Assembly: GCA_040954595.2 (NCBI GenBank)
Contig: CM082578.2
Coordinates: forward strand, 8,169,519-8,233,518
DNA from: Balanoglossus misakiensis
Lineage: Eukaryota > Animalia > Hemichordata
Direction: 5' to 3'
Length of the DNA: 64,000 nucleotides
The notes under the pieces are model-generated. The model did not search any database and was not told the DNA's origin. It saw only the letters and a list, made by a program, of their open reading frames with translations. This document shows positions 1-13,485 of this stretch, piece by piece. A program made the translations under genes and the position numbers. The number at the start of each line of letters is the position of its first letter. The stretch's first letter is position 1.

Positions 1-105
1 GCTTTTTATGCTCCCATGCCATATTTATATGGCAGGGGGGATATTGATATAGTTGGAAAAGTGTCTATATGTATTGTATTCTGTCTGGTTCTGATATGTT
101 GACAG

Positions 106-2825
106 TTGACTGCCAAGAACCTGCAGTGCATGCGTGCCATACTGAGCGTCGCCCACTGCCACGGCGGGATCCTGGGAACCGCTTGGCACCTCGTCCTGAG
201 CACCCTGCAGCATCTGACGTGGATCCTGGGACTGAAACCGGCCAGTGGGGGCAGCCTGAAAGTGGGTGGTGCTGCCGATGGCCCCAATGCTGTCATCACG
301 ACGGCCGTGATGGCTGAGTTGCCCATTCTCTCGGCCATGCTGTCCAGGTTGTTTGAGAGCTCTCAGTACCTGGACGACGTGGCTCTCCATCATCTGATCG
401 ACGCTTTGTGCAAACTCTCCAGCGAGTCGATGGAACTGGCGTATGCTAACAGGGTAAGTGAGTCAACTGAAGTTTCACCCGTTGTAATCCGAACTTGTTT
501 GTGTTTGGATGCTCGATAAAGTGTAGGCTTTGTCCTTTTTCAAAAAATATCTTGCAAGAGCGCTTGTGTAGTATCAGAAACAAAAGTTATGCCAGAATTG
601 TCCCTCCACCACAAGAGGGCGCTCAGACTTTTCTAGCGGGCACAAGCTTGCTTTTATTGACGCCAGTGTTACTGCCTTTTAATACATGTAGTTTATACAC
701 CTGCTGTGCTTTCATTGACATCTATTCCTGGATAAGTATTTGCCCAAGTCGATTAATTGATTTATTCAAGAGAAATATCATGGACCTGGAAAGTCTGCCT
801 TGATTTGAACCAACTTATTTGGATCCCAGTGTAATTTCGTACTACATGTATTACAAGAAAGGATGTGATCATTAACTTGTTTTGTTTGTTTGCTTTATTT
901 CTTTATTTGTATTTTCAGGAGCCCTCACTGTTTGCTGTGGCCAAGTTGCTGGAGACAGGCTTGGTAAACTTGCCACGCATCGAAATCCTATGGTCGCCCG
1001 TAACTGGCCATCTTCTGGAAGTGTGCCAACACCCACACCTGAGAATGAGAGAGTGGGGAGCAGAGGCTGTAACTGCTTTAGTTAAAGCAGCAATGGCCTA
1101 TAAATATGAACAAGAGCTGCATGAGAACCTGGTGAGATATGATTTTGATGGATGTGGTAGCAGGTCACAGATGGGCATATTGAAAATAATAATGTTAAGG
1201 CTGAGAGAAAAAATATTGTTTGTCAGAATTTTTTGGCAAAGGACCGGAATTTTTTTTACTGATCACTGAGATTGTGCAATACTTCCCTTACAAAGAATTC
1301 AACATTACTAAAATAGGATTGCTGCAACTAGTCTGCACCGAATTTCTTCAGAATTGGTAATATGCCTGTATGTACATTGTACTTTGCAGAGATTGCAGAC
1401 CATGTTGCTGTCACCCCTGCAAGAGTTATCGGCAGTTCCTCATGCAGATATCCGTCAGAAGCAGTTGGAATGTGTTCTGCAGGTGATCCAGGATAGTGGA
1501 GAAACCTTGGAACACGGCTGGCCGCTGATACTGGAAGTCATTGGAGCAGTCACCAAGGATCAAGGGTGGGTTCTGTTCATCCGGAAAACTACATTCCTAG
1601 ATGTCAATGAGATACAGTAATTGATTGTTCGGTTTGACAATTTAATGTGTCCACTCGGCCAAATCCACATATCCGGAAAAAAGAAAGCTTTATTGGCGCT
1701 GTTAAGTCTCAAGCATGCCTTCATTCACACTGACTTATATCACGCAAGCGCACGTGTACACACACACACACATACACATGTTCAGATAAATCCATTGCTG
1801 TACTGGGTAAACAGTCTCTTGTAAATTTAGAAAGTTGCATTCAAAATGAATGTTTTCTTAAAGGGGCATGTGTTATGCATGACTGACCCATTGTTTTCCA
1901 TTTGTTTCCCAACAAACAGTTTTATGCATAGACAAAAAAATCTATTGTTTATATCTATTGTAATGCCCATGTCAACAAATATTGGCCTTTAATGCGTTCA
2001 TGAGCAGGAATACTGACAATAACTTTTTTTTCATTTCAGAGAGAACCTCATACGTGTAGCATTCCAGAGCCTGCAGCTGGTTGTCAATGATTTCTTACCA
2101 GTGATGCCCTGTCGTTATTTGAATGTGTGTGTTGAAGTGTCCTCCAAATTTGGAGTCCAGCAACAGGAGCTGAATATAAGTCTCACTTCCATCGGACTCT
2201 TGGTGAGATTTTTGTCCATTGCTCTTGATGTAGATGTGTGAATCTACAGTGTTGTTTTATTAGTTGTGCCTGTCACATATCTCTGCTGTAAATGCAGTAA
2301 AATGTGTTGAAAAGTGCATTGAAAGAGCCATATTTTTTTATATATACAACCAAGTATAGCTCACCTTTTGTGTTGTCCTTCAATTACAGTGGAACATTGC
2401 AGACTACCTCTATCAAAACCGAAACAAGATCAAAGTCAGTCTGGTCAAAGATGAAGAAAATCTTTTGAATGAGGAGAGCAATATCAAAGGGGCCCACGTA
2501 CCACCATCAGATGTGTTGTGGTTGTGCCTATACTCCAAGCTGGCTGACCTGTGTGTTGACCAGAGACCGGCCATCAGGAAGTCGGCTGGTCAAACTCTGT
2601 TCTCCACAATAAGTGCGCATGGAAGTCTTTTAGAACAACCCACGTGGCAGACTGTGTTGTGGCAGGTAGGTAATGATGATGGTTGCGGTGCATGGGTAAT
2701 GATGGTGGTGGTGGTGGTGATGATGATGGTGGTGGTAGTGTTGGTGTTGGTAATGATGATGATGATGGTGGTGGTAGTGTTGGTGTTGGTAATGATGATG
2801 ATGATGATGATGATGGTAGTCGTGG

Positions 2826-2863
<38 letters not shown>

Positions 2864-2961
2864 GTAGTGGTGGTGGTGATGATGATGATGATGATGGTAA
2901 GGGTGGTAGTGGTGGTGGTTGTGGTGGTGGTGATGATGATGATGATGATGATGATGGTGTC

Positions 2962-3001
<40 letters not shown>

Positions 3002-3035
3002 GTAAGGGTGGTAGTGGTGGTGGTTGTGGTGGTGG

Positions 3036-3076
<41 letters not shown>

Positions 3077-3081
3077 GTGTC

Positions 3082-3162
<81 letters not shown>

Positions 3163-6100
3163 GGTGATGATGATGATGATGATGACGGTGTTGATTAAAA
3201 GCAGTACAGCACTGTTCAATTGCAATCATTACACGTTCATAGACGCCACATGTTGTTTTTTTCAGGTCTTGTTCCCTCTGCTGGATAGGGTACAGAAATT
3301 TTCCGGTGACGCTTCATCTGTGAAAATGGAAGCTGCTGCAGGCGGGAATATTCTCATCCATCATTCCAGAGACACTGCGGAAAAGCAGTGGGCAGAAACT
3401 CGGGTGTTGACATTAGCTGGAGTGGCAAGGGTATTCAATACATGGAGACATGCACTCAAGCACCTTGGTAGGTTTTATTGAGCTCATCTGCCTTATACAT
3501 GTACATGTATCCAGTGTATCCACATTATTTTTAAAAAGCTTTGAGTCAGTTGGAGGATTTCTAGAAAGATCTCTGAAGTCTGAGTTAGCCCTATACCTTT
3601 GCATGAAGTGAGGAAACTTGGAATATTGTCATCTGCAAAACTGGCTTTGAATCAGTGATTTCTTGTTACCAGCTGCCATGTGTGTCTTTCATATCCCTTA
3701 GGTGACTATCCACGTGCATGGGCCTTGCTGTTAGAGTACATTGAAGCGGCGGCCTTGAGTAGCAGTTCGGAAGTTTCCCTGGCCGCGCTGAAGAGCTTCC
3801 AGGAGATCTTGCAGATCCAGAGTCAGGAAAACAACAAGACGGCCGGAGACCAGGCCGACGTGCAGAACGCGACGAACGGGAGTGCGTCGACATCTTCCGG
3901 TCGCGCGGACGAAAGCTTCGACGACATAGCGCTGTGGTCGAACGCGTGGCGCGCCTGGCACAACATCGGCATACAGCTGACCACCCCGCCGGACGCCAGT
4001 AAAGTGCAATTCTTGCCCTGCCAGGCCTTCCTGACCGCTCTGGTGCAGATATTCCCGCAGCTCTTCGAGTACATCAAGCCCAGGTTTGTGTCCTCGGATC
4101 TGCAGAAGCTGTGCATTGTGCTGAGGAGCGCCGTGTCTATCCCCGTCAGTGCCGAGTCGTCGCCGTTCATCGTGCCCTCGTTTGTGGAGAGCACCATCAC
4201 GGCCCTTCAGGAAGCGGTGCTCAGTGCAATAGATGTTGTGCGAAAGGTAAACGTTACTTTGTTCTTTTAACTGCAAGTTTATTGTTTGAAAATCTTCCTG
4301 AAGATGCAATTCCTATAGATTATGTCATTGAAGTGTGTACAGAGAGGACATACTATTTTCGATGAGTGGTTCTGAGTGGAATCCCTGATACTAATATACC
4401 CACGTTAGTTTGCAGGGTATACATGTAATCCATTTTGGTGAATTCATTTGCAGTGTCACTTATCTAGAGCTGTGTAACTTGGACACCTCTATAAGTGATC
4501 TCTATCAATGACAAGGAATCAGTTACCTGAGCTTTAGTTACAAGCTGGCAGTGATGTGTGTGAAGCAGCGTTCTTTCCCTTTCCTCTCGCAACAGGCTAT
4601 TGGTGAAGGAGCAGAAAGCATGCAGTCCATGTACCCGATGGTGTTTCACCAGCTGCTGATATTTGTCAGCTTTGCCTGCCAGCCACCGAGCTATGGCAAC
4701 ATAAAGGCCAAGGCAGTCGGGCCGACCACGGTGAACAAGCAGGTAAGTTCGTGTGCGGCCATCCTTCACTTGTGCTGAACACTGGGTGCCTGAAATCATC
4801 CAGTCGTGTTGTTTGGGAGTGTATCTGTGTCTGCATGAATCCCTGGGGTTTGTGCCACTGTTGATCAAATGATGACAGGGGGCGATAACAGGCAGTTTCA
4901 TTGAGGTTCACATTGTGCTGGTGTGTTCATTTAACCACTGTGAACTATTGGAGTGTATCCCCCGGTATCATGCAATACTCTGTGTATATTTTGGGTATTT
5001 ATATTGTGTGTATCTCTGTACTGTACTGTACTGTAGTGTGTATCGTGGCTAGTACTTGTATGTGTTCATGTGTTTGTGTGGAGGGGTATATTGTCACTCT
5101 CTGGGACATACATGTACATCTTTGGTCCTGGTGCTGGGCCACAGGTCATCAATGTTCTCCCACTCTCAGTCTTTTGGGTGGTTGTGTCGGGTCACCCATC
5201 CCATGGCATTTACATATATGTCATTCACAACTGGAAAACTATAGTACAGAATATTTTTAATATATCGTCCCAGGTATATGGAATTAGGGTGGGGACAGTG
5301 TGGACTTAGGGTGAAAGTGATTTCATCAAGCCCAATTTGCATAATTATTCATTGATGCAAATGGAATATATTTCAAGAATAGCTAGACCAAACTTGATGC
5401 AACTTAGAACTGTAATACTCTTCTGTAAATGTGCCAAAGGTTTTACTTGGCCTATGTTAATGATCCCATTTACACGATGATGTTGTTATGGCAATTTGGC
5501 CGTATATCAAGACCAGCTTTGAAATTAAAACTTTACACAGAATTGCATGGACACTCAATGACGTGCACTGGTCTCAGGGTCTCACTGAAGGTTTGGTGGG
5601 TATAGCATGCTGTGGTTCATAAGATGATAGGGACATATGAAGACCACATACACTTAATTTGATGAAACGTCGTCCATACATTTACGTTACTAATTTCCAC
5701 GTATGCCAAAGGGTTCATCAGCACGGCATGTTGTTAACCTTACATGGTTGTCTCCACTGAATTTGATCACACTTCCAGAATACATGTTTGGTTGACATGG
5801 ACAGCTTATGGGACAATATATGACACACCCACAGGCGTGGAAGAGAATCAAAGTTTTAAACATAGATTGATGTCACTTTTTATTACCTTAAATTTGTGTT
5901 CTCAGCTAATTTTCTGTAGGACTATGGTTGTTTTTTTTCTTGGCCAGGCTGAATTTTTCTTGACATTTAGCAACTTTTTACATGCTGGTTTCTACATCTG
6001 CCATAGCCAGGATATTGAAAAGGTATCTCATGAAATGTACACTGACAGATGTATAATGAACTTGTAAACTTCCCATTGATGGTTTAAGCTCAACACACAA

Positions 6101-9100
6101 TGCAGTACCTTGAAAACTGTCTTTATTTGTCCAAATAGGAACGTGATTTGAATTGCGAGTTATACAGGACTGGTATCTTTTTACGACGCTCGACATATCT
6201 TTCAGTCATTTTTTGGTCCTATGCAACTTGTGAATCATAAGTTGGAGCAGTGTGATGCACACTGACCTGTCTTTATGGACTTGATTTTCTCCATTTTAGG
6301 AAAGGTGGGCTAATTTCAGGCATTTTGATAGTTCACAGGTATGTCACAATCACCATATCACTGTTGTGTGTATAAGCTTTGTGCTGACTTCATTAAAAAT
6401 TACACCTTGCATTTAATTATTTTCACAGCAAGTTAAAGATGTGCGTAGTTTGTAGTGTGCAGCTGATTTGCCTGCCTGTGTGACTAACTAGTTTCTCATC
6501 TATTTTTTTTTTTTGGCTTTGCATTGCATTTTTGTAATGAAACAGCATTCACTTGATGTATAGATACGTATAACACGCTTATGTGATGTACTAATGTATT
6601 GCTTTAATATACGTGCACTTTGTACTTTTTGACCCGTGTGCTGAAGGCATGAAAAGAGGGCCTATGCACTTCCATAGAGAGGGGGAGGGAGAACTTCTGG
6701 ATGGGACTTCATCATCAGTGTGTTTGTCCATGTGTTTGTGTACGTGTGCAGCCTTTACTTGTTAAACCTGTCTGAGCTAATTTGATTGAAACATGGCACA
6801 TGTGAAGAACGCATTGTGGCATTATTAATACATCAGTTGGTTACAATCCAGGTGGCCATTGTATTGACTGCTATTTGCATATATGAATATATGCAATAAA
6901 CTCATCTGATAGATTTTACCTGCCAGTGATGTTGTTGAAATAAAATTAATACTGTTGTATTTTGGGGGTAATTTTTTTGTCTTTTTTGGATTTGATGGAT
7001 GTCCATCATAAGGGATGAACTATTCAATATCTTACGACGGGGATGTATGAATGTAGTTATGTGTATGTACATGTATCATTGTATGTATTGTGTTCTATAG
7101 TGTCTGTGTATATATGTATAAACATTTAGGTAGGTAGATATGTATGTATGTTGAAATTCTCATGTAAGCTGCATATATCCATAATTCTGACTTTTCTTTT
7201 TCAACTTCAAGTCAACAATAAATAAACCATATTTATAAAATGTTGGTACTGACTGGGAACACTTGAAGTCATGAAATTGGAATATGGGATAACACTGGAA
7301 TGTTCTCACCAAAATTGCACAGTGGAAATTTTGAGTACCAATGTTGTGTCTTCAAGTACAATGTATTAACTATCTAGACCATGTTACATATACATGTATA
7401 ATTTTATCAAACTGTCAATCATCTTGATTGTTCCCAGCCTGAATGGGTTGCCATGAATTATGTACCATTCGCTGAGAAGTCACTCCAGATGGTTGTAGAG
7501 CTTTACAAAGAAACAGCAACTCAGAACTCAGTCATAGAAGAACATGTGTTACAGAATATCATTAAGGTAGGACACATATTTGTTTAATTAAGGAGTATGT
7601 TTCAAAAAAAAGATTTATTTAGATAAGATTTATTAAGATCCTATCTTGCTGTCCTTACAATCACACTTGAATATACCCGCAACTAATGCTAAAAAAAAAT
7701 TGGACACATAGTTGTGTTACTTTATAATTGTTGGTGTACATGCAATTTGCATTATTTGCCTTTGTTTGAAAAATGTCACCGTTTGATTTGATAAAAAATT
7801 TCCTTTATTCATTTTGGCAGACATTGCAGGTGCCCCTTGGAATGAAGTACGGATGCCCAGCTCAGAGTACATGGAAGTTATCAATTTCTTCATTATTAGA
7901 AATGCTACGTATTGCACTGCCAGTGGCCAGACAGAATTCCTATAACACCCACTTTATTGGTATGTGGTCAGAATTAGCCACAGCACTTGAACACTTTCTA
8001 TTTTCACAACAGTAAGTATAACTTCTACATAAGCAGCTTGATAAGTTTTGTGAACTTCATTATAGATGTTACATGCTTATTTTGATTTCTTAGAACTGAT
8101 CAGAAATATTGCATGCTGTAAAATGGGAAATTTTCACAAACAATGAATTTTCGCGAGAGCCAAAAAAATGTGAAAATAAATAGTCACGAAAGAACAATGC
8201 GTACAATAGAATGTTTTTTGGAGATAAGAGAATGCGAAAATTAACTGTCACGAAATAGTCGCCACTGTTGATATCGTGAAAATTTCCTGTCATGAAAATT
8301 TTCCTGTTTTTCAGTATATTATGGCATATTTTACCATCACAATCACTCTTATTGTGATTTCATTATAGGAGTACTCCATCAACTCTTTCCATTGATGAAT
8401 TTCAAGAGCATGAATCTGTTGACATTGAAGTGGTTCAGCTGCTGAGAGATGAAGTTTTGCCATTCCCAAATACCATTCCAAAACCATTCATGGCGTCTAT
8501 AATGTCACTGTTAAACAGGGGATCCATACACTCAACATCAACATCGTCATTTACAGGTAAGACTGATTATTCTAGTTTAGTCAACCCAGTGTTATTGTGA
8601 ATTTCGACTTCACATAGTATATCATATTTGTTGTGCTATTAACGGATATCCATAATATTGAGATTGTAAATTATTTGGTTGTATCGTTTCATGGGTAATA
8701 ATCACGTATGTAAACAATGTAATAAACACAAATGTTAAAGACATCATACATAATAGTACAGTTGACTGTTTGAAAACATTACTTCACCTTGAATTGAAGT
8801 TAAGAAGTAACTCATATGAACTAGCTTCTAGTGATTTCTTCATACACTGTTCACATTCTCTAGAGCAGTAAAATGAATTGTTTAATGACTTTTTGAAAAC
8901 AGATTCAGACACGGGACGTCAGGTTCGGGAGGAGTTTGCCAAAGCCTGCTTCGAGACCCTGTTGCAGTTTTCCTTCATCACCAAGAGTGTTGTCACCAGC
9001 GAGGGATGTATCACCAAAATGGCACTGTCGGCACTCCTGACGCGGTGCCAAGAAGTGCTCAAACAATATGTGGAAGATGAAAAACTCAGTGGGAAGTGTC

Positions 9101-9995
9101 CTCTTCCGAGGTAAATATTACGTCATAGATTGGTCTGTGCATCTGGTTTTCTTCGTCTAGTCTTGTTTGTTTTGTTTTGCAGTGGGCTTTTTCAGTTGAC
9201 TGGTCATCCCTCAGTGGTGTACTATATCCTGTCCGGACAGGATCCATTTGAACTGATCTCACTCGTTATTCACCACCACAGAGGGTCATGTGTTAGGGTT
9301 TGGAAGTGCATGGTTGTGAACATTGATTCAACCTGAGTAGATAGCAATTTTGTTCTGTGTGTCAGTGTTAAAACATGTGCATCATACACTCTATCTCTGT
9401 TTGCGTTGAAAAATTGCAACATCTAACACGGTCTGTAGATCAGACCTCGATTCGATTGGAAATGGGTGTCTGTGTGGTTTTGTATGTTGACTTCAGCGGC
9501 TATGGTGCAGTGTAAATAAAAATATGTATTTGTTCCAAGTGACTTCCAAAGTTACCTTGTGTTAATGTCCTTATTTTTTTTGACGCTGACAGGCCGCGGA
9601 TGTCTGAAATGTCATTTGTACTGAAGGCAGTCGGAACATTACTGGAATCGTTGAAGAAAGCAAAGCCAGGCAGTGGTAAGCCTATACTATCCAACTTTTC
9701 TTGTTTTCTTTTTCTGCTGTATAATCATCATGAGTAATTGAAAAAAGGCTGAAATATTGATAATGCATATGTGTGCCATCTCCCCAAAATGAAGCTACAG
9801 TGTCACTGGAGCTATTTTTGTTTATTATTTGTTTCAGTGGACTGCGACACTTGGAAGCAAGTGATAGCCCTGTACCCCAACCTGGTGGACTGCACCACCT
9901 GCACTTCCACACAAGTGTGCAAGAACCTGAAGGAAGTTCTGCACTACTACCACAGTCTGTTATCTGTGCCAGCCACTGCCATCAAGAACTCGTGA
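106..9995 (+). CDS. MON2: Protein MON2 homolog (Golgi/endosome Arf-GEF-like scaffold), 3' part; 5' exons lie upstream of the window
   Basis: Phase-consistent GT-AG exons: 106-453, 919-1131, 1390-1565, 2040-2202, 2390-2665, 3266-3467, 3702-4246, 4596-4742, (6300-6338 candidate microexon), 7438-7566, 7821-8011, 8369-8556, 8903-9110, 9593-9675, 9838-9995 (TGA). Recognisable MON2 motifs: [125 protein letters not shown]. Confidence 0.95.
2671..3190. repeat. Compound (GAT)n/(GGT)n trinucleotide microsatellite filling MON2 intron 2666-3265
   Basis: Directly visible runs of gatgat and ggtggt. The higher-order block ggtaagggtggtagtggtggtggttgtggtggtggtgat occurs twice (~2896 and ~3001). It explains the poly-M/V, poly-D/G, poly-H and poly-I/T ORFs in the track. 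Confidence 0.97.
6300..6338 (+). CDS. MON2: Candidate 39-nt phase 0/0 cassette microexon of MON2 ([13 protein letters not shown])
   Basis: Acceptor gattttctccattttag (AG 6298-6299), 39 stop-free nt, donor cag|gtatgt at 6339. It preserves frame between ...TTVNKQ (4742) and PEWVAM... (7438) and lies in the gene's longest intron in this window. Confidence 0.6.
8114..8316. mobile_element. Degenerate ~200-bp MITE-like element in a MON2 intron
   Basis: Imperfect terminal inverted repeats tgctgtaaaatgggaaattttcac ... catgaaaattttcctgtttttcagta, with internal ttttcgcga/tcacgaa sub-repeats. Confidence 0.4.
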
Positions 9996-12900
9996 TTTTT
10001 ACCGCCGTGAGAAATGGTGTGGGCACGTGCAGAAGCAAGCCTATTGTTCTGAGGACTTGTGTATATCATTCCATAGTATGATAGTGTATGGAATATTAAG
10101 CTGTGTGCTCCTTATAGTGTAAATTCTTGTTATATATGATCGCTGTAATGCACAAAAGCCTATGAGCCCGAGGAATGCTAATTTTCCAAAAATGTCGACC
10201 CAGTTGCAACCTAATTTGAGAATATCCTTGATTACACATACTTTGTTGTTGTTTGACAACCAGTGAAGAGCCCAGTGCCAGGCTGGCTGTATTCACCCAT
10301 ACATGCAAATGCACCCATACACCCAAATGCATATTCAAACTGGACTCTTTCAATGTAATTAGTGTCCATACCAAAAAATTTTAAATTATCAGTGATAAGG
10401 ATCACAGACGATTGCTTGATCTATAAACTTTTCTATTTCAGTGTGTTCTCGAAAACTTCTATCTGAGCTTACCTTGACAGTTTATGGGGATTTTTTTTAT
10501 TCCAATTCATCTGCCACTTAGCTTATTACTCAAACAGGTTTGAATCAGTTTCTTTAAAACTTCATACAAAGGGTACACAACATTCCTCATCACTTGGGTT
10601 TCTGGTTCAACATGGCTTCCAGTCAGTGATTTTGCCTATTTATGTTCTAGTGTTCAGAATCACACACACACATGCCTAAACTTATTTATTTTTAAGTACA
10701 GTGTCTTCAACGTCACATAACTTACATTCGTGTTTTCTCTTTCATAATCATCTGCTATGCCCAGCTGGTCTTATTGTAGTCTATGTGACTGAAACTTATT
10801 TCTGCAGTCCATGCCAAAATTAGCCCGCCAGTTTTTCCTATACATATAACTGGATAGATTTCTCTGGTCTGAAACTGGTTTGAATACATGAGGCACCATG
10901 CACCCATACATTAGTAAATTTTAAAGGTCATTTTAATTGAATAGATATGTGTCAGAATTAGCAGAAGAGCATGAACTCTTCATGCTGTACCTGCATTTCG
11001 GAGGCAACCTCATATGGCTCTAAATTATCCCCATTCAGGCTTACCCGGTTATTTATCAAAATCGTGTGGACAGGTAAATTATTTCAGGTGGATCATCCTA
11101 AGCTTTCTGCACTTATACATGATGTTCATTAGCAAGGATAATGCTATTGTTTGTGTTCCTTTCGCCCCAGGGCTTTGTTACTGGACCAGATGGTTTTTGT
11201 GTGTGATTTTATATTTAGACCTCTGAGTTACTTTGATAGTTGTAAAACATGTTCAGTGTAGTAGTAGTTTATAAGTCAGATCAAGGGCAGGTCAATCACA
11301 GGAACAAGATTGATTGATCTTAGAATTATTTGGAATCATAGCGTAAGAGTACTGAAGATGTAAAACAGGCATAGCCTGTATATTGTGAACTCATTTACAT
11401 AATTAATGTAGGACATCAGTATCATTAGATGATACTGGGAAGTCTTGAATTAAGTCAACTCTCAGTAAAAGGGGAATTGTAAATGGTATAATTAGACGTG
11501 GAAAGTCTGAAATTTTTACATTGAAAAATACAGGTATCCTTTTTCAAGTGTCAGTTTAGATAAGGAGTGGGGAGTGCAGGAGGTCCTTCAATAAAATTTG
11601 GGAGTAATTTCTGTCAGGTAGTAGTCCTTTCTGCTGAAGGAAAGCTTGTACAGGTATTTCAAGCAAGTTATGAAATATAACAGGTTAGTTTGATCAAGTA
11701 GCTACAGTGCTTCAGTGAAATTGTATTATTCATTCCATTGGGAACTTTCAAGTGTCATAATGTGAGGAAATACTGATTGGAAAAAACAATCACAATTTCA
11801 CACATTATAGTCATCGCGTTTGTTGGTATTTAATTATAAGCCCTCAGACTTTGTGCAAACTTCTCTGATAAAGTTGACTGTTGCTTCCATTATGACAAAA
11901 GATGTTAATATGGAGTAGCTAGATGCCCAGAAGAGGAAGAAGACTTTCCTCCTTGCTTACCCGGGCATAGCTGCCATTACAGAACTGATAACTGTAGTTC
12001 AATTGAGATATGTTCTACACCCCATACCACTCAGTGCGGTTCTGGCAAGTAGTTACCCTATCAATGCATTCTGCATTTAGCAGCAGCTGACGCTAAGCCC
12101 AACGTCATTATGCATCTCGGATTCATTTCTAAATGATTTATTTAGCATATAAAAAAATTGTGTATGCAAAACAGGAACGTTCTGTGCAATATTTTCTGTT
12201 GATGTGTATAGTTCTACGTGGGTATAAATAAGACATTTTAGCCCTGGTTGGAAACTGATGCAATCACTTCTATTCTGATAAAACTTTTAAGCATATACAT
12301 TTCATATTCTAGTATGGTTTTGCACTATAATTTTTGCGTATATCACACGCTCATTAGACATTTTCAGTCTCCACCATTCAAATATTATACATATGTATTC
12401 AATGTGAATATTGATTATTAAACGGGAAAATTGGTATATACGTGTATGTCTACACTGAGTTCAGTCATAATTGCCATTTTTGGCTTCGGGTACCTGGAAT
12501 AATAGAATCTCGCACTCCCAAGGACCTGGGATCATATTTCTCACACGAGATGTTTGGGTCATGTCTGTGTTGTAGCTCTCTATTCATTCCTGATATGTGA
12601 TGTGGGTATTGGTCCCCTTGGTACAACGGTAAGAGGGCCCTCCCGAAAGACTACTTGGGGTTGAGCCCGTGTCTGCACAGGGGTAGATTACAATTTTCGT
12701 ACAGGATATAACCTGATGTACTATCTTTATTGGATAATCATGTCATTCTACAAGACAGCGATATTTCTACTGCAGGAAATGCTTACAAATGCTTTTTCAC
12801 TGTTGAATTTGATCCGATTGGAACTATTTTAGGATGATGGCTTGGGGATAAAATGTAACCAGCAGAGTGCGCCATTGCTAAAATAATGTCACAGCTACAA

Positions 12901-13012
12901 CCTTCTGTTTTGCACATAGTTATTCTCGTGTTATTTGCTACTACGATATCGCCAACTACATAAAAATAATCAATAATGCCCATTCATTTGAAATGCCCAG
13001 TTTACACTGAAT

Positions 13013-13327
13013 ATTATATTATACCAGTATATTGATGGTGTAAATCACGCTATTTGATTGGTCGAGACACGACACGTGACCGTGATATATTAGCCATATA
13101 CCACAGTCATATATCATAGTCAAAGAAAATGCCTTTTTAAAATGTTTTATGCAAAGTTTCAATATACTGGCATAATATAATAGCAATAAAACACCCCCAG
13201 CCATGGTATACCACTCGATTTTGACCAGTTCAACTCCATATACGCACTCGCTATCGCTCGTGCGTATATGTCGTGAACTGGTCAAAATCTCGTGGTATAC
13301 CATGGCTGGGGGTGTTTTATTGCTTAA
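13013..13327. mobile_element. 315-bp non-autonomous interspersed element with a 143-bp terminal hairpin, copy 1
   Basis: Near-identical to 23186-23500 and 51984-52298, all in the same orientation and all 315 bp. Begins attatattataccag, ends tattgcttaa; hairpin at 13182-13324. No terminal inverted repeats joining the two ends and no obvious target-site duplication. Confidence 0.9.
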
Positions 13328-13485
13328 ATAAATCAATGTACAAATAACAAAAATCAAAGTACGTGTAACACATTGTTAGCTTTGAAATGAGTCTTCATGA
13401 AGATGATTTATGTCCTACACGTTTATGGGATCTGTTTATAAAATAATCCCGCCCTTTCAATGGGTTTCTGCCGTGCAATGAATAA

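Noticed and set aside
2590-3229. Poly-His, poly-Ile/Thr and poly-Asp/Gly ORFs
   Set aside because: Alternative reading frames of the intronic (GAT)n/(GGT)n microsatellite; not genes.
13182-13324. CRISPR-like or rho-independent terminator interpretation of the hairpins
   Set aside because: Eukaryotic intron-containing DNA; no repeat-spacer array and no cas genes.
13019-13357. 94-112 aa ORF (MVYHEILTSSRHIR..) repeated at 23192 and 51990
   Set aside because: Identical only because the element copies are young; no recognisable domain, and it runs through the palindrome.
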